Shown in pieces: positions 49,092 through 59,383 of a DNA stretch of 64,000 bases. How positions within the stretch are numbered: position 1 is the stretch's first letter; each line of letters opens with the position of its first letter. The DNA is from Candidatus Staskawiczbacteria bacterium (GTDB taxonomy: Bacteria > Patescibacteriota > Minisyncoccia > Minisyncoccales > Staskawiczbacteraceae). The DNA lies in assembly GCA_903928565.1 (NCBI GenBank), contig CAIYRH010000007.1, positions 14,139 to 78,138 on the forward strand. Reading direction: 5' to 3'. Position numbers and translations under genes: made by a program. The notes under the pieces are model-generated. The model was given only the letters and a program-made list of their open reading frames with translations, made no database searches and was not told the origin of the DNA.

Positions 49092-50084
49092 TTATATATT
49101 ATAAATTATTTTCGCCAGTTTATCTGAGTCGTGCCGAATTACAGATCTTTCGGCAGCCAGTACGTCGTTTTTATCAATTTTCGGAGTTTTGTGGCTCAAC
49201 AGTTTTTTGCCAATAAAATTAATACCGTTAATTTTTTTATAATCCCCCGGTACAACCAGCCCTTCCCCATGTTGAGTATATTTTTTTAATAATTTAGCCT
49301 CGGGGACTTCAGTATTAAAAATAACATATTTAATAATTCCTTTTCCTAAATATTTTTCAACACTATTTATGTATTCGCCTAAACTAAAGTTGTCGGTTTG
49401 GCCGGGCTTTGTCATTAAATTAACAACAAATATAACTTTTGCCTTTGATTTGGCTATTTCTTCGCGCAATCCCCTAACTAAAAAGTTTGGAATTAAGCTT
49501 GAATAAAGGTCGCCGGGGTTTATTACAATTTTATCTGCTTTTTTTATTGCTGGAATTATTTTGGGGTTAAGTTGCGCGGCTGGTTTTAAATATAATTTTT
49601 TTAAATTACAAAAGTCGCCCTTATTGCAATAAATATTTTTTTCTCCAAAAACTTCTTTGCCATTATTTAATACCGCAACTAGTCTGGTGCTTTTTAAGGT
49701 AACGGGTAAAACATAACCTTTTATTCTTAAGATTCTGCTGGCTTCTATTAAAGCTGTATCAAACCCGCCGGTAATTTTTTCTAATGTAGATATAAAAATA
49801 TTTCCAAAACTGTGCCCGTTAAGCCCACCGGCTCCATATCTGTAATTAAATAGGTCCCGTAAAGTTTTGCTGGAATATGACAAGGCTACTAAGCATTGCC
49901 TAACGTCGCCGGGAGGTAAAACGCCCATTTCGTCGCGCAACATTCCAGTAGAACCGCCGTCGTCGGTCATGGTAACCACCGCCGACAAATCAACAGGATA
50001 TTTTTTTAACCCGGTTAAAACCATAAAGCTTCCCGAGCCTCCGCCAATGGTTACAATTTTTTGTTTTCTCTTACTCGTTTTCAT
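49092..50084 (-). CDS. YvcK/CofD-like (GlmR) protein
   Basis: IGGGSG, DDGGSTG, PPGDVR, GHSFGN, RHDS. Confidence 0.92.
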   Translation of the reverse strand: MKTSKRKQKIVTIGGGSGSFMVLTGLKKYPVDLSAVVTMTDDGGSTGMLRDEMGVLPPGDVRQCLVALSYSSKTLRDLFNYRYGAGGLNGHSFGNIFISTLEKITGGFDTALIEASRILRIKGYVLPVTLKSTRLVAVLNNGKEVFGEKNIYCNKGDFCNLKKLYLKPAAQLNPKIIPAIKKADKIVINPGDLYSSLIPNFLVRGLREEIAKSKAKVIFVVNLMTKPGQTDNFSLGEYINSVEKYLGKGIIKYVIFNTEVPEAKLLKKYTQHGEGLVVPGDYKKINGINFIGKKLLSHKTPKIDKNDVLAAERSVIRHDSDKLAKIIYNI

Positions 50085-50418
50085 TTAGGTACATTTTAAA
50101 TTCTATGCCAAAATTTTTAAAACCGGCTTTTTCATATATTTTATGCACAATTTGTCTTTCGTGCCTGCTAGTGGCTACAAGTTTATAACATTTTTGATTT
50201 TTTGCTTCTGCAATAACCATATTTAAAAGTTCTGTGCCAATTCCTTGTCCACGCAAGCTTTCGTCAACAAACAAATCTTCTAAAAGTCCAAAAGGTTCTT
50301 TGTGCAAATCGTTGTTCATTATATATAAAAAAGCACGGGCAACTTCTCTCCCCTCTTCTTCAATAAAAAATTTAATTCCCTCTGCTTTTATAGCTTTCTT
50401 ATTTATTTCTAAATTCAT
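50071..50418 (-). CDS. GNAT acetyltransferase
   Basis: LFVDESLRGQGIG, YEKAGF; start taken at MNLEINKK. Confidence 0.88.
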   Translation of the reverse strand: MNLEINKKAIKAEGIKFFIEEEGREVARAFLYIMNNDLHKEPFGLLEDLFVDESLRGQGIGTELLNMVIAEAKNQKCYKLVATSRHERQIVHKIYEKAGFKNFGIEFKMYLNENE

Positions 50419-50487
50419 GTTTATTAGGCATATTTTACATAAAAAATTGAAAAAAAGCAACATTTGGGCTAAGATATATAAACTATT

Positions 50488-51960
50488 ATGATTATTCCAA
50501 AAGAGGTAAAAAATATAATTGGAAAGTTGGAAAAAGCTGGGTTTAAGGCATATATTGTGGGCGGGTGCGTGCGCGATTTTTTGCTTGCCCAGCGAAGCCT
50601 TGGCGAAGTTGGGCTGGCTCCACAAGATTGGGATGTTACAACTAACGCTAAACCAGAAGAAATTCAAAAAGTCTTTCCAGACAGCTTTTACGAGAACAAT
50701 TTTTTAACAGTTACTGCGCGTACAGGTTCAAAAGACCCAAAATTGGCAGAAATAGAAATTACAACTTATAGGTTTGAAGCAAAATATTCCGACAAGCGGC
50801 ACCCCGACGAGGTAAAATATGCAGACAAACTAGAAGAAGATTTAAGTCGTCGCGACTTTACTGTAAACGCCATTGCTATGGACGGGAAGAAGAAAATCAT
50901 TGATTTGTTTGAAGGCCAAAAAGATTTAGATAATAAAATTATTAGAACTGTTGGCAATGCAGATGAAAGGTTTAACGAAGACGCCTTAAGAATGTTGCGA
51001 GCCGTGCGGTTTGCTACAACTTTAGATTTTAAAATAGAAGAAAATACTGCAAAAGCAATTAAAAAAAATAGTATTTGGTTAGAGGCGGTTTCAAAAGAAA
51101 GAATTAGAGATGAATTTGTGAAAATAATTATGGCAGACAAAGCAGCTGATGGCATTGAATTGCTAAGAGAATTGGGTTTATTAAAATTTATTATTCCCGA
51201 GCTTTTAGAAAATTATGGAGTGGCTCAAAATAAACATCATATTTACGACTGCTATATGCACGCCATAAAAGCACTGGAATTTACGGCCAAGAAAAAATTG
51301 AATATGTATGTTAGAATTGCTTCCCTACTGCATGATGTTGGCAAGCCACGTTCTAAAGCTGGCGAAGGTGAAAGTGCAACTTTTTATAATCACGAAATTA
51401 TTGGTGCCCGAATGACCTTTCAAATTTTAAATAATTTAAAGTTTTCAAAAAAAGAAGTTGAAAAAATTACAAAGTTGGTTAGGTTTCACCTCTTCTATTA
51501 TAATGTAGATGAAGTTGGTGAGGCTTCAGTGCGCAGACTTGTTAAAAATGTTGGGCCGGAAAATATGGAAGAATTATTGCAAGTGCGCCAGGCCGACAGA
51601 ATTGGCAGCGGCGTGCCAAAAGCCGAACCTTATAAACTGAGGCACTTAAAATATCTGGTTGAAAAGGTTTCAAAAGATCCAATTTCTGTTAAAATGATAA
51701 AGATAAATGGGAATGACTTAATGACGGTTTTGGGGGTAAAGCCTGGGCCAAAAATTGGGCAAATTTTAGACATCCTATTGGGGTATGTTTTAGATGACCC
51801 TAAAAAAAATACAAAAGTATTTTTAGAAAAAGAAGCAAAAAAATTAGCTAACTTGTCAGAAATTGAATTACAAAAATTAGCCGAAAAATCTAAAGAAGAA
51901 AAGTTTGAAGTTCAAAATAAAGCCGACGAATCAGTAAAGCAGAAATATTGGGTGAAATAA
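50488..51960 (+). CDS. cca: CCA tRNA nucleotidyltransferase with HD domain
   Basis: VGGCVRD, DWD, DLSRRDFTVNA, EDALRMLRA, LLHDVGK. Confidence 0.93.
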   Translation: MIIPKEVKNIIGKLEKAGFKAYIVGGCVRDFLLAQRSLGEVGLAPQDWDVTTNAKPEEIQKVFPDSFYENNFLTVTARTGSKDPKLAEIEITTYRFEAKYSDKRHPDEVKYADKLEEDLSRRDFTVNAIAMDGKKKIIDLFEGQKDLDNKIIRTVGNADERFNEDALRMLRAVRFATTLDFKIEENTAKAIKKNSIWLEAVSKERIRDEFVKIIMADKAADGIELLRELGLLKFIIPELLENYGVAQNKHHIYDCYMHAIKALEFTAKKKLNMYVRIASLLHDVGKPRSKAGEGESATFYNHEIIGARMTFQILNNLKFSKKEVEKITKLVRFHLFYYNVDEVGEASVRRLVKNVGPENMEELLQVRQADRIGSGVPKAEPYKLRHLKYLVEKVSKDPISVKMIKINGNDLMTVLGVKPGPKIGQILDILLGYVLDDPKKNTKVFLEKEAKKLANLSEIELQKLAEKSKEEKFEVQNKADESVKQKYWVK

Positions 51961-51966
51961 AAATTA

Positions 51967-52037
51967 CGGCGCATCGTATAGTGGTAGTATGCAGACTTCG
52001 GGAGTCTGCGGTCTCAGTTCGATTCTGAGTGCGCCGA
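51967..52037 (+). tRNA. tRNA-Pro(CGG)
   Basis: CGGCGCA/TGCGCCG, cagac-ttCGGga-gtctg. Confidence 0.92.
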
Positions 52038-52100
52038 ATTTATTGAAAATTAAAAATTGAAAATTTAAAATTCCACTTTTGCAAAAGCAAAATGTGGCTT

Positions 52101-52171
52101 GGGCCTGTAGTAAAGTGGTATTACGCCTCGTTCGCAACGAGGAAGCGGCAGTCCGATTCTGCCCAGGTCCA
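52101..52171 (+). tRNA. tRNA-Ala(CGC)
   Basis: G3:U70 pair, cctcg-ttCGCaa-cgagg. Confidence 0.92.
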
Positions 52172-52230
52172 CTATTCAATTTTTAAAGTAATTTTAATGA
52201 TTGATAAGTATAATTAATTAAAAATTAAGA

Positions 52231-52953
52231 ATGGCAATTGTTGAAATAAAAAATTTAGTGAAAAGATTTGATAAATTCGTTGCGGTTAACGATGTGTCTT
52301 TTGAAATACAGGAGGGCGAAACGCTGGGTCTTTTAGGGCCAAATGGGGCTGGCAAAACTACAACTATTCAGGCACTGCTTGATTTGGTTACGCCAACCAG
52401 TGGATCAATTAAAATTTTTGGTAAAGAGATTAGTGAAAATCGTTCTGAAATATTGGGGCAAATTAATTTCTCGTCACCTTATGTGGCGCTCCCGGGTAAT
52501 TTGAAAGTTTGGGAAAATCTTTCAATTTTTGCCGGGTTATATGGCATTAAAAACCCCAAACAAAAAATAGAAGAACTGGCTGAAATTTTTAAAATTAAAG
52601 ATTTGTTGCCCAAAATGACTTCTAACCTTTCTACTGGTCAAATGACTCGGCTTAACTTAACCAAGGCTATGTTAAACGATCCCAAATTATTATTATTAGA
52701 CGAGCCAACTTCATCTTTAGATCCCGACATTGCCGACAAATACAGAAAACTTCTTAAAAAAATTCAAAAAGAAAGAAATCTAACTATTCTTTATACGTCA
52801 CACAATATGTTAGAAATTGAAGAAATTTGCGACAGAGTAATATTTTTAAATAAGGGTAAAATTACAGATAATGGAACGCCACAACAATTAATAAAAAAAT
52901 ATGGTCGAAAAGATTTAAATGATGTTTTTTTGGCAATTGCCAGAGAGACATAA
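52231..52953 (+). CDS. ABC transporter ATP-binding protein
   Basis: GPNGAGKTT, LSTGQ, LLDEP. Confidence 0.95.
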   Translation: MAIVEIKNLVKRFDKFVAVNDVSFEIQEGETLGLLGPNGAGKTTTIQALLDLVTPTSGSIKIFGKEISENRSEILGQINFSSPYVALPGNLKVWENLSIFAGLYGIKNPKQKIEELAEIFKIKDLLPKMTSNLSTGQMTRLNLTKAMLNDPKLLLLDEPTSSLDPDIADKYRKLLKKIQKERNLTILYTSHNMLEIEEICDRVIFLNKGKITDNGTPQQLIKKYGRKDLNDVFLAIARET

Positions 52954-52959
52954 AAATAT

Positions 52960-53754
52960 ATGAAATGGCATCGCATTAAAGCGTTAATGACTAGGCATTT
53001 GTATTTATACCAAAGAAGTATTCCAAGACTTATGGATATTTTCTTTTGGCCCACAATGACTCTACTTTTGTGGGGCTTTGTGAGTGAATATTTACAGCAA
53101 TCTAATTTCTCAGGAAGCGTAAACATTGTAACAGTGCTGTTGGGGGCAATAATTTTGTGGGAAATTTTATCTGAAGGGCAGCATTCTTTATCGGTGGCAT
53201 TTTTAGAAGATATTTGGGAAAGAAATTTATTAAATATTTTTGTAACGCCATTAAAAATCAGCGAATTCCTTGCTTCCACTGCCCTACTAGGGGTTATAAG
53301 AGTTTTCCTGGTTGGAATTGTAATGGGCGTTGTTGCGCTTTTTGCATATTCATTTAATTTATTTTCGCTTGGATTTTACATTATTCCATTTGCGTTTAAC
53401 TTAATCTTTTTTGGGTGGATTCTTGGGCTTATAATAACTGCCGTAATTTTGCGGTTTGGAACTTCGGCTCAAGTTCTGGCATTTGGTATAATGTTTTTAG
53501 TCCAACCATTTACAGCAGTATTTTACCCCGTTTCTATTCTGCCAAAATACATCCAGTATATTTCGTATGCCCTCCCCTCCACTTATGTTTTTGAGGGCCT
53601 AAGGGCAGTAGTAAATACGGGGCACTTTCTAAATTCCTATTTTTTAATTTCCGTGGGATTAAATATAATTTATTTAGCGCTGGCGTTGTGGTTTTTTTAT
53701 CGAATGTTTGCTAGAGTTAAGAAAAATGGCATGCTAACTAAATTAGATTCTTAA
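52960..53754 (+). CDS. ABC-2 type permease
   Basis: 6 TM helices, VFYPVSILP, PSTY.FEG.R. Confidence 0.9.
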   Translation: MKWHRIKALMTRHLYLYQRSIPRLMDIFFWPTMTLLLWGFVSEYLQQSNFSGSVNIVTVLLGAIILWEILSEGQHSLSVAFLEDIWERNLLNIFVTPLKISEFLASTALLGVIRVFLVGIVMGVVALFAYSFNLFSLGFYIIPFAFNLIFFGWILGLIITAVILRFGTSAQVLAFGIMFLVQPFTAVFYPVSILPKYIQYISYALPSTYVFEGLRAVVNTGHFLNSYFLISVGLNIIYLALALWFFYRMFARVKKNGMLTKLDS

Positions 53755-53803
53755 TTGTCTAAAATAGCGCATCTCAATTAAAAGAGTATAATTAAATAAA
53801 GCT

Positions 53804-54154
53804 ATGAAAATAAAAAATATTCTAGGAATTATTTTGGTTGTTTTAGGAGTTGTTCTTGCCGTTTTGTCTATATTTGCCCCCATTGGAGAAGGCACGGGCT
53901 ATTTAATGATTTGGTTTGCAATTCCATTGTTCATTCTTGGGCTTTTGCTTTTAGTGAGCATTGTGGGTGCTGGTATATTTTTATCCGGTGAAATAGTATT
54001 ACTTTTAACTATTTTGACTCAGCCCACTTTCAATAAATCTACCGTCGATTTAGTAACTAGTCTGATATTTATTTCTTATGGCTTATTTGTTGCGGGCATT
54101 CTTTACGGAATAGTTGAGGGCATAATTAAGTTAATTAAAATTATTAAAAAGTAA
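53804..54154 (+). CDS. Small membrane protein
   Basis: Hydrophobic 116-aa ORF, about 4 TM helices. Confidence 0.7.
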   Translation: MKIKNILGIILVVLGVVLAVLSIFAPIGEGTGYLMIWFAIPLFILGLLLLVSIVGAGIFLSGEIVLLLTILTQPTFNKSTVDLVTSLIFISYGLFVAGILYGIVEGIIKLIKIIKK

Positions 54155-54158
54155 AATT

Positions 54159-55112
54159 ATGGACAATCAAAACATTAGCGTAGAGCCAAAAAGAAATATT
54201 CCACGAGATTTATTTTTACATCTTTTGGCAATTGTCACTCTTTATTGGTCGGCAATTAGTTTTGTTGCACTGCTCTGGCAATTTATTAATTATTATTTTC
54301 CCAATGTGCTAGCTTCTTATTATTCTGTAAGTTATTCATTGGGGCTAATTCGTTTTGAGGTTTCTTCTTTATTTATTGTATTTCCCCTATTTGTAATTGT
54401 GTCTTGGTATTTAAATAAAATTTACAGAAGAGAAGCCGTTGTTAGAGAATCTAAAATTAGAAAATGGCTTTTATATTTAACTCTTTTTGTTGCGGCCTTA
54501 GTTGTTGTTGGCGACTTAGTGGCTGTAATAAATAATCTTTTAGGTGGCGACACAACTGCACGCTTTATTTTAAAAGCCTTGTCTGTATTACTGGTTGCCG
54601 GTTTTGTTTTTGGTTATTATTTTGACGACGTCAGACGCGAGACCCCTTCAAAACTTGGCAAGCCCTTTGCTTGGGTTGCTGGAGTTTTGGTGTTGGTGGT
54701 AATTGTCTGGTCGTTTTTTATAATTGGCTCACCCAATTCGGCAAGGTTAATTCAGTACGACCAACAAAGAGTGTCAGATTTACAGGGCATTCAATCTCAA
54801 ATTGTTAACTACTGGCAAAGTAAAGGTGCTCTTCCCCCAACCTTGGTCAATTTAAGTGATACAATTTCTGGTTACAACGCGCCGGTTGATCCGCAATCTA
54901 AGGTTAATTATGAATACAATATAAAAGACGTTACAAATTTATCTTTTGAATTGTGCGCCACATTTAGTAAGCCAACACAAAAAGACACAACAAGGGCTTT
55001 GTATCCTGTTGGAGCAGGCATTGACCAAAATTGGGACCACTCTGCCGGCACAGTTTGTTTTGCACGAACAATTGATAAACAACTTTACCCAATTTTTAGC
55101 AAAGTGAAGTAA
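54159..55112 (+). CDS. DUF5671-like membrane protein
   Basis: 5 TM helices, IRKWLLYLTLF, DQQRVSDL, FELCATF. Confidence 0.7.
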   Translation: MDNQNISVEPKRNIPRDLFLHLLAIVTLYWSAISFVALLWQFINYYFPNVLASYYSVSYSLGLIRFEVSSLFIVFPLFVIVSWYLNKIYRREAVVRESKIRKWLLYLTLFVAALVVVGDLVAVINNLLGGDTTARFILKALSVLLVAGFVFGYYFDDVRRETPSKLGKPFAWVAGVLVLVVIVWSFFIIGSPNSARLIQYDQQRVSDLQGIQSQIVNYWQSKGALPPTLVNLSDTISGYNAPVDPQSKVNYEYNIKDVTNLSFELCATFSKPTQKDTTRALYPVGAGIDQNWDHSAGTVCFARTIDKQLYPIFSKVK

Positions 55113-55136
55113 GTGTGTGTAACTCTGTGAATAAAG

Positions 55137-56039
55137 ATGGCAGAAGCTGTTGAAATTACTAGTGAAAAATATCCTAAAATTTTAAAAGTAGCACTTAAAG
55201 AGCTTCAGTTAAGTTTGGGTCCTAAAAAATTATATTACAGAGGAAATTGGGATGAAAAAATATTTGAAAACTGCTTAGCGGTGGTGGGCTCGCGCCGTTT
55301 AACCTATTATGGCAGAAAAGCAACCGAGCAAATAGTGACTCAAGCGGCTGCTTCAGGCATTACAATTGTTTCGGGTTTTATGTATGGTGGAGATGAGGCC
55401 GCTCATTCTGCGGCAGTAAAATGCGGTGGCAAAACCATTGCCGTTATGCCGTGCGGAATTGATTTAATACACCCACCAAGTCAAAAAAAATTATACCGAG
55501 AAATTTTAGACACAGGCGGGTTAATAATTTCTGAATACCCTGGCTTTACTCAACCACAAACTTTTACTTATATTCAACGCGACAGAATTGTAGCCGGACT
55601 TTCAAAAGCGGTTTTAGTTACAGAAGCTGCTTTAGAGTCTGGCTCTTTAATTACTGCAAGTTACGCCAAAAAGTTTGGCAGAAAAATCTTTGCAATTCCT
55701 GGCCCTATTACCAGTGAAGTTTCACAAGGCACAATGAAACTTATAAAAGAAGGAGCTGAGCCAATTGCTGATGCAAAAGACATTTTAGATTTTTTTAAAA
55801 TTACTCTAAAATTTTCCAAAAAAACCGCGCTTCCCGCCTCCGCCCTTTCGGAGCTTCGGCGAGGCAAGTGTTTCACTTTGGAAGAAAAAATTATTGACCA
55901 GCTGAAGCGCGAGCCGTTAAAAGCCGATGAAATGGCCAGACTTTTTGCGGTTCCCGTTGCTCAGCTTGGCACTGCCCTATCGCTAATGCAACTCAAGGGT
56001 TTTATAAATCAAGACAACGGAAAATATTATATCAACTAA
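55137..56039 (+). CDS. dprA: DNA-protecting protein DprA
   Basis: AVVGSR, IVSG, IISEYP, RDRIVAGLS, SGSLITA, C-terminal winged helix. Confidence 0.93.
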   Translation: MAEAVEITSEKYPKILKVALKELQLSLGPKKLYYRGNWDEKIFENCLAVVGSRRLTYYGRKATEQIVTQAAASGITIVSGFMYGGDEAAHSAAVKCGGKTIAVMPCGIDLIHPPSQKKLYREILDTGGLIISEYPGFTQPQTFTYIQRDRIVAGLSKAVLVTEAALESGSLITASYAKKFGRKIFAIPGPITSEVSQGTMKLIKEGAEPIADAKDILDFFKITLKFSKKTALPASALSELRRGKCFTLEEKIIDQLKREPLKADEMARLFAVPVAQLGTALSLMQLKGFINQDNGKYYIN

Positions 56040-56074
56040 ATTAATTGTGATATAATTCAGAAATAAATTAAGTT

Positions 56075-57766
56075 ATGAATAAAGAATTAAAAAACTGTCA
56101 GAACTGTAAAAACGAGTTTGTAATAGAGCCCGACGATTTTGATTTCTACGAAAAAGTAAAAGTGCCAGCACCAACATTTTGCCCGCAATGCAGATTGCAA
56201 AGAAGGTGGGCTTGGCGTAATGAATGGAGACTTCTCAGAAAAAAAGATGTTCATGGAAAAGAAATTTTTTCTATTTTTCATGAAGACTCGCCAACTAAAA
56301 TAATGGATGTGGCAGAATGGTATTCCGACTCTTGGGATCCATTAAGTTATGGCAAAGATTACAATTTTTCAAAACCATTTTTTGAGCAATTTGAAGAACT
56401 CATGCATGAAGTTCCTGTTATGTCTAGGTCGCTTTCCAGGCCAGTGAATAGCGACTATTGTGCTAATGCCACGCAACCTAAAGATTGCTACTTAACATTT
56501 GGTTTGTCGTATGTAGAAAATTCAGCATATTCTATTTGGGGAGCAAAATCTAAAGATATTTTTGATTGCCACATGTATAACGATTCAGAACTTTGTTATG
56601 ATTCTGTTAATATTACTAAGTGCTATAAGGCATTATATTCGGTAGACTGCGAAGATTGCAATGACGTTATGTTTTGTAAAAATTGCGTTGGTTGTAACAA
56701 TTGTTTTGGGTGCGCAAATTTAAAAAATAAATCTTATTATATTTTTAATCAGGCATGCACTAAAGAAGAATATAATAATAAATTAAAAGAATTAAAAACA
56801 AACTTAAGAACTAACGTTGAGGCACTTCGTGAACAAAGTGCCAAACACTGGGCGCAATTTCCAAATAAATTTATGCACGGTCGGCACAATACAGACGTTT
56901 CTGGCGACTACATTCAAAACTCAAAAAATGCTAAAAATAGTTGGAGAATTGTAGAGGGTGAAAATGTAAAATACTGTCAAAATTTTACTTTAGGGCCTGC
57001 TAAGGATTCATACGACCATAGTAATTTTGGCGACAAAACCGAATTAATTTATGAATCGCTTGTTGTGGGTGATGGTGCATATAATGTTGCATTTTCTTCA
57101 CAGTGTTACCCTTCTGTCTCTAATTTACGCTACTGTTATTTTTGCCAAAATTCTTCATACTTATTTGGCTGTATTAGTTTGCGTAACAAACAGTATTGTA
57201 TTTTTAATAAACAATACACAAAAGAAGAATATGAAGAGTTGATTCCTAAAATTATTGAGCACATGAAGACAACCAGAGAATACGGAGAATTTTTCCCAAT
57301 GAATATAAGCCCCCTGGCCTATAACGAATCTTATGCTTATGAGCATTTTTCTTTAAAAAAAGAAGAAGCAGAAAAGTTAGGATTGGTTTGGCGAGACTTT
57401 TCAGAAAAGCATTTTAATATAACAATGAATGGTAGCAATTTGCCCGATGATATTAAAGATGTTGCCGAAACCATTACAAAAGAAATTGTAGGCTGTGCTC
57501 ATGCAGGAAATTGCGCGCATGAATGTGCCGGTGTTTTTAAAATTACAAAACAAGAATTACAATTTTATAAATTGCTAAATATTCCACTACCACGCATATG
57601 TCAAAATTGCAGGCACTACGCCAGATTTGCTTGGCGAAACCCCGCCCAACTTTGGCCAAGAAAATGTATGAAGCCCGGTTGCCAAAATGAATTTGAAACT
57701 TCTTACTCCCCCACTCGCGAAGAAATTATTTATTGCGAAAGTTGTTACAACGCTGAAGTAGCATAA
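56075..57766 (+). CDS. Cys-rich protein with terminal zinc ribbons
   Basis: CQNC, CPQCR, central C-x-N-C repeats, CQNCRH, YCESCY. Confidence 0.75.
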   Translation: MNKELKNCQNCKNEFVIEPDDFDFYEKVKVPAPTFCPQCRLQRRWAWRNEWRLLRKKDVHGKEIFSIFHEDSPTKIMDVAEWYSDSWDPLSYGKDYNFSKPFFEQFEELMHEVPVMSRSLSRPVNSDYCANATQPKDCYLTFGLSYVENSAYSIWGAKSKDIFDCHMYNDSELCYDSVNITKCYKALYSVDCEDCNDVMFCKNCVGCNNCFGCANLKNKSYYIFNQACTKEEYNNKLKELKTNLRTNVEALREQSAKHWAQFPNKFMHGRHNTDVSGDYIQNSKNAKNSWRIVEGENVKYCQNFTLGPAKDSYDHSNFGDKTELIYESLVVGDGAYNVAFSSQCYPSVSNLRYCYFCQNSSYLFGCISLRNKQYCIFNKQYTKEEYEELIPKIIEHMKTTREYGEFFPMNISPLAYNESYAYEHFSLKKEEAEKLGLVWRDFSEKHFNITMNGSNLPDDIKDVAETITKEIVGCAHAGNCAHECAGVFKITKQELQFYKLLNIPLPRICQNCRHYARFAWRNPAQLWPRKCMKPGCQNEFETSYSPTREEIIYCESCYNAEVA

Positions 57767-57796
57767 AAAATTATTTTAAAATATAATTAATATATA

Positions 57797-57824
57797 ACCG
57801 CTTAGGCGGTAGCGCTTAAGCGGT
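57797..57824. promoter_or_regulatory. Tandem pair of the 14-bp ACCGCTTAAGCGGT palindrome upstream of comM
   Basis: accgcttaggcggt + agcgcttaagcggt between TATAAT (57782) and the ATG (57836). Confidence 0.8.
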
Positions 57825-57835
57825 ATGTAAAAAAT

Positions 57836-59383
57836 ATGCTTATTAAAGTGCCAAGTGTGGTGAATTTAGGTTTAGAAACAATAAAGGTTGATATTGAAAT
57901 TAACCTAGCCAATAAGGGTTTGCCCGGGTTTGAAATTGTGGGGCTGGCGGGCAAGGCGGTAGACGAAAGCAAAGAAAGAGTGCGAACAGCCATTTTAAGT
58001 AGCGACGTTGATTTCCCACAAAAGAAAATTACGGTGAACATGGCCCCCGCCGACGTGCCCAAAGAGGGCTCAATGTACGACCTGCCAATTGCCCTTGGAA
58101 TTTTAAGCAGTGTATTAGAATTTAAAATTCCAGAAAAATCTTTATTCTTAGGTGAACTGTCATTTGACGGTAGCTTGCGCCACACAAAGGGCGCTTTTTT
58201 AGCGGCACTTTTTGCAAAAGAATCGGGTTACACAAATTTATATGTTCCAAAAGATTCGGCCAATGAAGCCGCCGCCATTAAGGGAGTTAAAGTTTTTCCG
58301 GTTGAAGATATTGCTCAACTTTGTAGACATTTTTTGGGATTTCAAAAAGATGTTCCAGAAATTTTTCCCATTGTTTATAAACAATCTAAAAATGAAAACA
58401 ATGTAGTTGTTGAATTTGATATGAAAGAAGTTTTGGGCCAAGAACAAGCCAAAAGAGCAACAGAAATTGCCGCTGCCGGTGGGCATAATATTATAATGAT
58501 TGGCTCGCCAGGTTCGGGTAAAACAATGTTGGCGCGCGCGTTGCCTGGAATTTTGCCGCCGTTAAATGAGGCAGAAAGTTTGGAAGTAACAAAAATATTT
58601 TCGGCCTCGGGTGGAATTCCACCGGGTGGAAGTTTAATAACAACCCGTCAGTTTCGCTCGCCACATCATACGGCTTCACTTGCGGGTTTGGTTGGTGGTG
58701 GTAGTAAACCACAGCCAGGTGAAATTAGTTTGGCTCACCGCGGAGTTTTATTTTTAGATGAATTTAATGAATTCCCGCGCGCAATTATGGAGGCACTCCG
58801 CCAACCATTAGAAGACGGTTATTTAACAATTTCGCGAAGTAGGCAACGCATAACTTACCCGGCCGATTTTATGTTGGTGGCCAGTGCCAACCCCTGCCCT
58901 TGCGGGTATGCCTTGCACCCAAAAAGGAGTTGCAACTGTAGCCAAAATCAAATTCAAAAGTATCAGAAAAGAATTTCTGGGCCAATTTTAGACAGAATTG
59001 ATTTGCATATTTCTGTTATGCCTGTTGACGCAACAGAGTTTGAAGACAACCAAAAAAATTCAGAATTTTTGGAGCCCTCAGATAAAATACGGCAAAGAGT
59101 AATGCAGGCGCGGGCAAAACAAGAAGCTCGTTTTGGCGCAGAAACAATTTGCTCAAACAGCCAAATGAAAAATAGCCATATTAAAAAATATTGCAAACTA
59201 GCAAAAGATGTTGAGGCAATTTTACGGCAGGCAAGTTTAAAATTTAATTTGTCGGCTAGAAGCTACATGAAAATGATAAAGGTGGCGCGCACTATTGCCG
59301 ACTTAGCTGGAGAAGCAGAAATTTCTGTAAACCACATGGCCGAGGCTTTGCAATATTCACCAAAAAATTTCGAAACAGCATAA
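57836..59383 (+). CDS. comM: ComM/YifB Mg-chelatase-like AAA+ ATPase
   Basis: ESKERVR, GSPGSGKT, FRSPHH, GEISLAHRGVLFLDE, NPCPCG, SGPILDRID. Confidence 0.93.
   Translation: MLIKVPSVVNLGLETIKVDIEINLANKGLPGFEIVGLAGKAVDESKERVRTAILSSDVDFPQKKITVNMAPADVPKEGSMYDLPIALGILSSVLEFKIPEKSLFLGELSFDGSLRHTKGAFLAALFAKESGYTNLYVPKDSANEAAAIKGVKVFPVEDIAQLCRHFLGFQKDVPEIFPIVYKQSKNENNVVVEFDMKEVLGQEQAKRATEIAAAGGHNIIMIGSPGSGKTMLARALPGILPPLNEAESLEVTKIFSASGGIPPGGSLITTRQFRSPHHTASLAGLVGGGSKPQPGEISLAHRGVLFLDEFNEFPRAIMEALRQPLEDGYLTISRSRQRITYPADFMLVASANPCPCGYALHPKRSCNCSQNQIQKYQKRISGPILDRIDLHISVMPVDATEFEDNQKNSEFLEPSDKIRQRVMQARAKQEARFGAETICSNSQMKNSHIKKYCKLAKDVEAILRQASLKFNLSARSYMKMIKVARTIADLAGEAEISVNHMAEALQYSPKNFETA

Noticed and set aside
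50419..50667. Long N-terminal extension of the GNAT ORF
   Set aside because: It overlaps cca on the opposite strand; the ATG at 50418 is the more plausible start.
28421..55134. Isolated DnaA-box-like 9-mers (TTATTCACA, TGTGTATAA, TGTGAATAA)
   Set aside because: Single mismatched copies in AT-rich DNA; they cannot be told from chance without statistics.
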